From a virus (taxonomy: Duplodnaviria; Caudoviricetes), in IMG/VR virus record IMGVR_UViG_3300033073_001045, positions 40,004 through 104,003 of that record: DNA of 64,000 bases; one strand, given 5' to 3'. Under the pieces are notes generated by a model, which worked only from the letters and a program-made list of their open reading frames with translations, did no database searches and was not told where the DNA came from. The position numbers and the translations under genes were made by a program. Shown here in pieces: positions 60,051-64,000 of the stretch. How positions within the stretch are numbered: position 1 is the stretch's first letter; the number at the start of each line of letters is the position of its first letter.

Positions 60051-60248
60051 ATGAGAGATAGAGAATACATTCCTTGCGATGCCTGCGGATCATCTGACTC
60101 TATGTATTTAGTTAAACTAGTAGATGGCGAGCTATCTTTTTGCGGCCACCATTACAATAAAAACAAAGAGGCGCTAGACAAAGTTGCCTATGAAGTGATA
60201 GAATTAAACAAGACAGAAGAAGTACCTCAACTAGAAACGGCGGAATAA
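60051..60248 (+). CDS. Small Zn-binding protein
   Basis: CDAC...FCGHH. Confidence 0.65.
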   Translation: MRDREYIPCDACGSSDSMYLVKLVDGELSFCGHHYNKNKEALDKVAYEVIELNKTEEVPQLETAE

Positions 60249-60249
60249 A

Positions 60250-60618
60250 ATGGGTGACAGAGCAAACTTTGGATTTAAAGATTCCAAGGGCGATACAGTA
60301 TTTCTATACGGGCACTGGGCTGGCCATAGAATGCTAGAGAACTTGGCGGATGCTGTAGAGCATGCACGTCCACGGTGGAATGATGAATCATATGCAACAC
60401 GTATTACTATTAGCAGGCTAGTAAATGAAGAATGGACTAGTGAGACTGGATGGGGTATTACCGTAAATGAATTGGCGGACAATGAGCACAAGGTACCTAT
60501 TATTGACTGGACCAACAAAACATTTACATTAATGGAAGAGGACCTTAAGACAGAAGTATTTAGTTTAACTCTAGATAAATTTGTCGATAAGTATTCTAGT
60601 CAACTAAGTATGGTATAA
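60250..60618 (+). CDS. Hypothetical protein
   Basis: MGDRA...LYGHWAG...RWNDESYATRI. Confidence 0.7.
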   Translation: MGDRANFGFKDSKGDTVFLYGHWAGHRMLENLADAVEHARPRWNDESYATRITISRLVNEEWTSETGWGITVNELADNEHKVPIIDWTNKTFTLMEEDLKTEVFSLTLDKFVDKYSSQLSMV

Positions 60619-60625
60619 TTAGACC

Positions 60626-60782
60626 AGGACCCTTGGTCCTGGTTTTAATAGGAAATGAATGGTGCATCTATTAGTCTACGGGCCAGGTGCTAAGTAAAGC
60701 GGATTTATTTCTTTCGTTGGAAATCCAGGCAGCCAATTCATACCCCCTAGTCAGCTTCAACTCTGATCCTAGGGGGTTTCTA
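60626..60782 (+). ncRNA. Candidate trans-acting antisense sRNA
   Basis: TGGTATAAT at 60611-60619; outer stem 60656-65/60729-40; GGATTT/AAATCC hairpin with loop ATTTCTTTCGTTGG; terminator ACCCCCTAG...CTAGGGGGT-TTC. Confidence 0.6.
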
Positions 60783-60959
60783 TTTGCCCGCAAAAAGCTG
60801 AGGGTAACATATCTCTTTTACGGATGTCAAGTAAATACCCTGAAAATTCCACATAGTAAGATCAATTTTGATCAAATGTGGTGGGAATCACAGGAGCATA
60901 GTATTCCATTTGTCAGTGGTCTGATATATAATTCTCTTATATCAACGAAAGGATATAAA

Positions 60960-61733
60960 ATGCCAAATTGGGTATATAACACATTAACAATTCAAGGACC
61001 TAAGTCTGAAATTGATATGATTAAAGATAGACTTAATAAGCCTTTTACATTAGCACAAGAGACATTTGGTATGGGTGATATTAGTTCATCAGGATTCCCC
61101 ACCAAAATTAAATTAGTTGAATACAATAATCCTGTATTTGCTTTCCATAACATCCATTCATATAAGGATTATGGCATTACTGATGAGGAATATGCATGCC
61201 AGCCAAATCGTGATGGTGTAGACATGACACAGCCTGATTGGTTTGCTAAGTCTGTTGAGTTTGCTAAAACTCAAAAAGATTGGTATTCATGGAACAATAC
61301 TAACTGGGGAACTAAATGGGATGTTGCTGTTCGTGATGATGATGAGTATCCAAACACAGAACTAATTGAATATAAGTCTGAGGGTGATGACAACTGGCTT
61401 GTATATAAATATGAAACTGCATGGTCTCCTGCCGTAACTATTCTAACTAAACTAAGTAATCTTGTTCCAAATTCCGTCCTTACTCTTGAATATGAAGAGG
61501 AGACAGGCTGGGGTGGAGAATATGAGATTATCCGTGGTGAGGTTAAAGAATTAGCCGAATGGGAAAATCGTTGCTATGCTTGCCAATCTTTTGATACATT
61601 GTCTTATTGTGAAGATGATTGCGGTGAGTTCTGCTCTAATTGCAATCAGGGTTCATGGCAGGATGAAGAGGCTATGAAAGAATGTCAGACCCATAAGGTA
61701 TTATTGGAATCTACAGAAAAGGTGGAAGCATAA
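60960..61733 (+). CDS. YubB/Api92-like ferredoxin-fold protein
   Basis: MPNWV start after promoter 60911; WNNTNWGTKWD and YETAWSP motifs. Confidence 0.75.
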   Translation: MPNWVYNTLTIQGPKSEIDMIKDRLNKPFTLAQETFGMGDISSSGFPTKIKLVEYNNPVFAFHNIHSYKDYGITDEEYACQPNRDGVDMTQPDWFAKSVEFAKTQKDWYSWNNTNWGTKWDVAVRDDDEYPNTELIEYKSEGDDNWLVYKYETAWSPAVTILTKLSNLVPNSVLTLEYEEETGWGGEYEIIRGEVKELAEWENRCYACQSFDTLSYCEDDCGEFCSNCNQGSWQDEEAMKECQTHKVLLESTEKVEA

Positions 61734-61887
61734 TGGATACAGCATATAAGCCGTATACAATTGATGAACTAATCACAACTATCTATGAAGATAATTATTC
61801 ACATATTGAATTTATGGAAAATATGAATGGCGGAGATTGCGATTGTAATATACATTCAGCAATGAATCTAATAGAAAGTTATATGTA

Positions 61888-62106
61888 ATGGAAGAAATGA
61901 TCGCTTATCTTGAATTACATTTACTTAGTTTAGAACAAGATTCTGAAAAGCTTGAAAAACTAATGGATGCTTATTCTAACTATGAAGATGATGAGTATAG
62001 AGAATTAGAGATTGAAGATATTAGTACCAATGGACAGTATATTGCTACCGCCCACATTTTGTCAGTGGCTCGTGATATACTTGCCAAAACAACAAAGGAG
62101 CACTAA
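61888..62106 (+). CDS. Hypothetical acidic protein
   Basis: In a chain of overlapping ORFs. Confidence 0.55.
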   Translation: MEEMIAYLELHLLSLEQDSEKLEKLMDAYSNYEDDEYRELEIEDISTNGQYIATAHILSVARDILAKTTKEH

Positions 62107-62405
62107 TGCACTACGATATTGAAAACTCAGAGGACCTTGCACCACATCTACAGCGTATGGTAGACCATGGAGTAAATGGTCTTGACATCATGCATGGGGA
62201 ACTTAAGAATCTCATGCTAATGGCTGATTCACAACTTGAGGAGGCACAGCGTATTGAGGAAGAGAACGACTACTCAGACGCTATGGAATCTATGGAGCGG
62301 AAGTACTGGGAGGGCATGTCAGACGCTTATACACATTTGTACAAACTAACATATGACTTATCATTTGCAATTGCTGGACTACGAAAGGATGACAACGGTG
62401 AGTGA
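62106..62405 (+). CDS. Hypothetical acidic protein
   Basis: Promoter 62060 and AAGGAG RBS. Confidence 0.7.
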   Translation: MHYDIENSEDLAPHLQRMVDHGVNGLDIMHGELKNLMLMADSQLEEAQRIEEENDYSDAMESMERKYWEGMSDAYTHLYKLTYDLSFAIAGLRKDDNGE

Positions 62406-62757
62406 ATTAGATCTGCAGGAACAAACACGTAGAGACGATGTCTATAATGATTTAAACAATATTGTAGACCAATTGACAGCCTTGCCTGTCTTCCCGTCAC
62501 TGATGTGGGTATGGTCCTTTGACATCATTCGCAATATATTTGAAGAACATCAATTTGGAACAGAATGGGATGACTATTCAATTAAAGATAATGTAACACT
62601 TAAAGATATCTTTGATAAGTTTTGGGAAGATGTCGACAGTCTTGGAATTAACATGGATTTTGGTGGAGAGGTTGTTGAAGAAACAATCAGAGATTGGATG
62701 ATTGACAGGGAATTCCTGGCCATGGTTGAGGAGGAGGACGAAGATGAAGATGAGTGA
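62398..62757 (+). CDS. Hypothetical acidic protein
   Basis: GTG start at 62398 after ACGAAAGGA. Confidence 0.6.
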   Translation: MSELDLQEQTRRDDVYNDLNNIVDQLTALPVFPSLMWVWSFDIIRNIFEEHQFGTEWDDYSIKDNVTLKDIFDKFWEDVDSLGINMDFGGEVVEETIRDWMIDREFLAMVEEEDEDEDE

Positions 62758-63218
62758 TTCGTACATCAATGATCAATTAAGTAAAGCCCAACAACTCTTG
62801 TGGGGTGGCTCCGAAACTGAAAATATCGAAGCACATAACATCATTGCTAAATTAATTAAAGATCGTATCGAACAGGTCGAATCGATCTAAGGGCAAAAAA
62901 AATTGTTTACGGCAACTATTTACAAATTCCTGAAAAGTTGCTATAATAAATAAAACAACTATCTCTTGAAAGGAGATTATCAAATGACAACAAAGCGTGA
63001 ATATCTAAAGCAGCAAGGCATTACAGTTGGCGTACGTGGCCGTTTCTCTGGCGCAGCCAAGGTAGCTCTAGCTGAGGCGGAAGCTAAGGGCATTAAGTTT
63101 ACAGCTGAGGTTCCTGCGAACAAGGCCAAGTAAAACCAGGGACGGGGTTTAGGAATCGTTGGTCCTTGACCTCGTCTCTTATTTTTGATATAATCAACGG
63201 TTAGGCGAGAGGCGGAAT

Positions 63219-63590
63219 ATGAGTAAGTCACCTGAAATCAAAGTAGCAGAATCATTAGTTAATCTAATGGATGACCATTGGTTTAATCCGACTATATTTG
63301 GTCGTTATTTGGCGGAACAACCGCTATATACGATTGATAGGGTCATGGAAATGATTGTGTCGGTTATATCAGAACAATCAAAGATGTATGAGATACATAA
63401 AAATCGTGGGGAATCATCAGAAGGCTTAATGCTTGCCAATGAACTCAATGAATGTGTCAAAGCATACCAAGAAGATAACAAAGTAAATAATCTTAAACTA
63501 CCGTCCCGTTCCTATACAGTCAAAAAGCGGGAGGAAGTTAAAGACTACACATTTGGATGGCGGAGTGAAGAACTAGATCCATTCAATTAG
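63219..63590 (+). CDS. Hypothetical protein
   Basis: TGATATAAT upstream and GAGGCGG RBS. Confidence 0.65.
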   Translation: MSKSPEIKVAESLVNLMDDHWFNPTIFGRYLAEQPLYTIDRVMEMIVSVISEQSKMYEIHKNRGESSEGLMLANELNECVKAYQEDNKVNNLKLPSRSYTVKKREEVKDYTFGWRSEELDPFN

Positions 63591-64000
63591 GCATATACAA
63601 TGAGAGACGAATGCCTGGATATATAGATAAACATATATAGCCCAAATGATCCACAGGATGATTCCACATTCTGTGGATTTTTTGTATGCTGTGGGCTATG
63701 GGCCAAATTTTCTATTTACGACATGTGATCAAAATCCCTGAAATTTTCCAGAACATGGGCCAAATTTTGCATTTACGAAGCCTTGACAAAAACCCCTGAA
63801 AATGCTAGAAAATGTGTACAAAATATGTCTAAATAGATAATGAATCATTATAAATGTCGACAAATTTGTACAGAATCTGGCAAAATTTGATCAAAATTTC
63901 TGCATAAAACTATTGACAAATATGGATCAATATGCTGCTATATGGGGATGTATGTCTATATAAATAAACATTACGATGATTTAAGTGCTAAGCCTTGCTC

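Larger units (their letters stand above)
52344..62081 (+). promoter_or_regulatory. Array of 15 TGTC(R)G-N10-TAnnnT promoters (PafBC / RecA-NDp type)
   Basis: TGTC at 52344, 52575, 53253, 53373, 54589, 55652, 56184, 56549, 56855, 57797, 59054, 59206, 60911, 61683 and 62060, each with TAnnnT starting exactly 16 nt later. Confidence 0.85.

Noticed and set aside
60687-60959. N-terminal extension of the 60687-61733 ORF (likewise 57796-57846, 57361-57408, 43414-43470)
   Set aside because: These stretches overlap promoters, terminators and structured RNA; better starts with RBS lie downstream.
1-64000. Stop-codon reassignment, integrase or terminase
   Set aside because: Genes are intact under the standard code and end in TAA, TAG and TGA; no integrase or terminase motifs were recognised in this window.

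Overview
A 64-kb piece of an AT-rich, long-tailed dsDNA phage. It most likely infects Actinobacteria, judging from near-leaderless genes, a GP88-like gene, a DUF4192-like gene and actinobacterial regulatory motifs; this host call is inference. Bases 1-45.4 kb run leftward. They hold tail tip, tape measure, chaperones with a -1 frameshift, tail tube, neck, HK97-type capsid, protease/scaffold and portal. Next come a block of about 10 modification-type enzymes (2OG-Fe(II) oxygenases, an SDR, a GT60-like and a GNAT-like gene), many fibre/decoration proteins, a holin-like gene and a class II RNR. Two large proteins end in the same (PFGFT)n + Hint-domain module. The tape measure carries inserted cargo, including an atypical kinase fold. 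Bases 45.7-52 kb carry a transglycosylase, a cytochrome P450, two sulfotransferase-like genes, a candidate sRNA and tRNA-Ile(UAU). Bases 52.2-64 kb are a rightward region of small early-type genes with highly organised intergenic DNA: 15 promoters matching the actinobacterial PafBC/RecA-NDp DNA-damage consensus at exact spacing, CRP and DnaA boxes, a fixed-spacing multipart element, a shared CAACGAAAG(G) leader, and a candidate sRNA whose loop is antisense to that leader. All calls come from reading motifs by eye; no searches were run.
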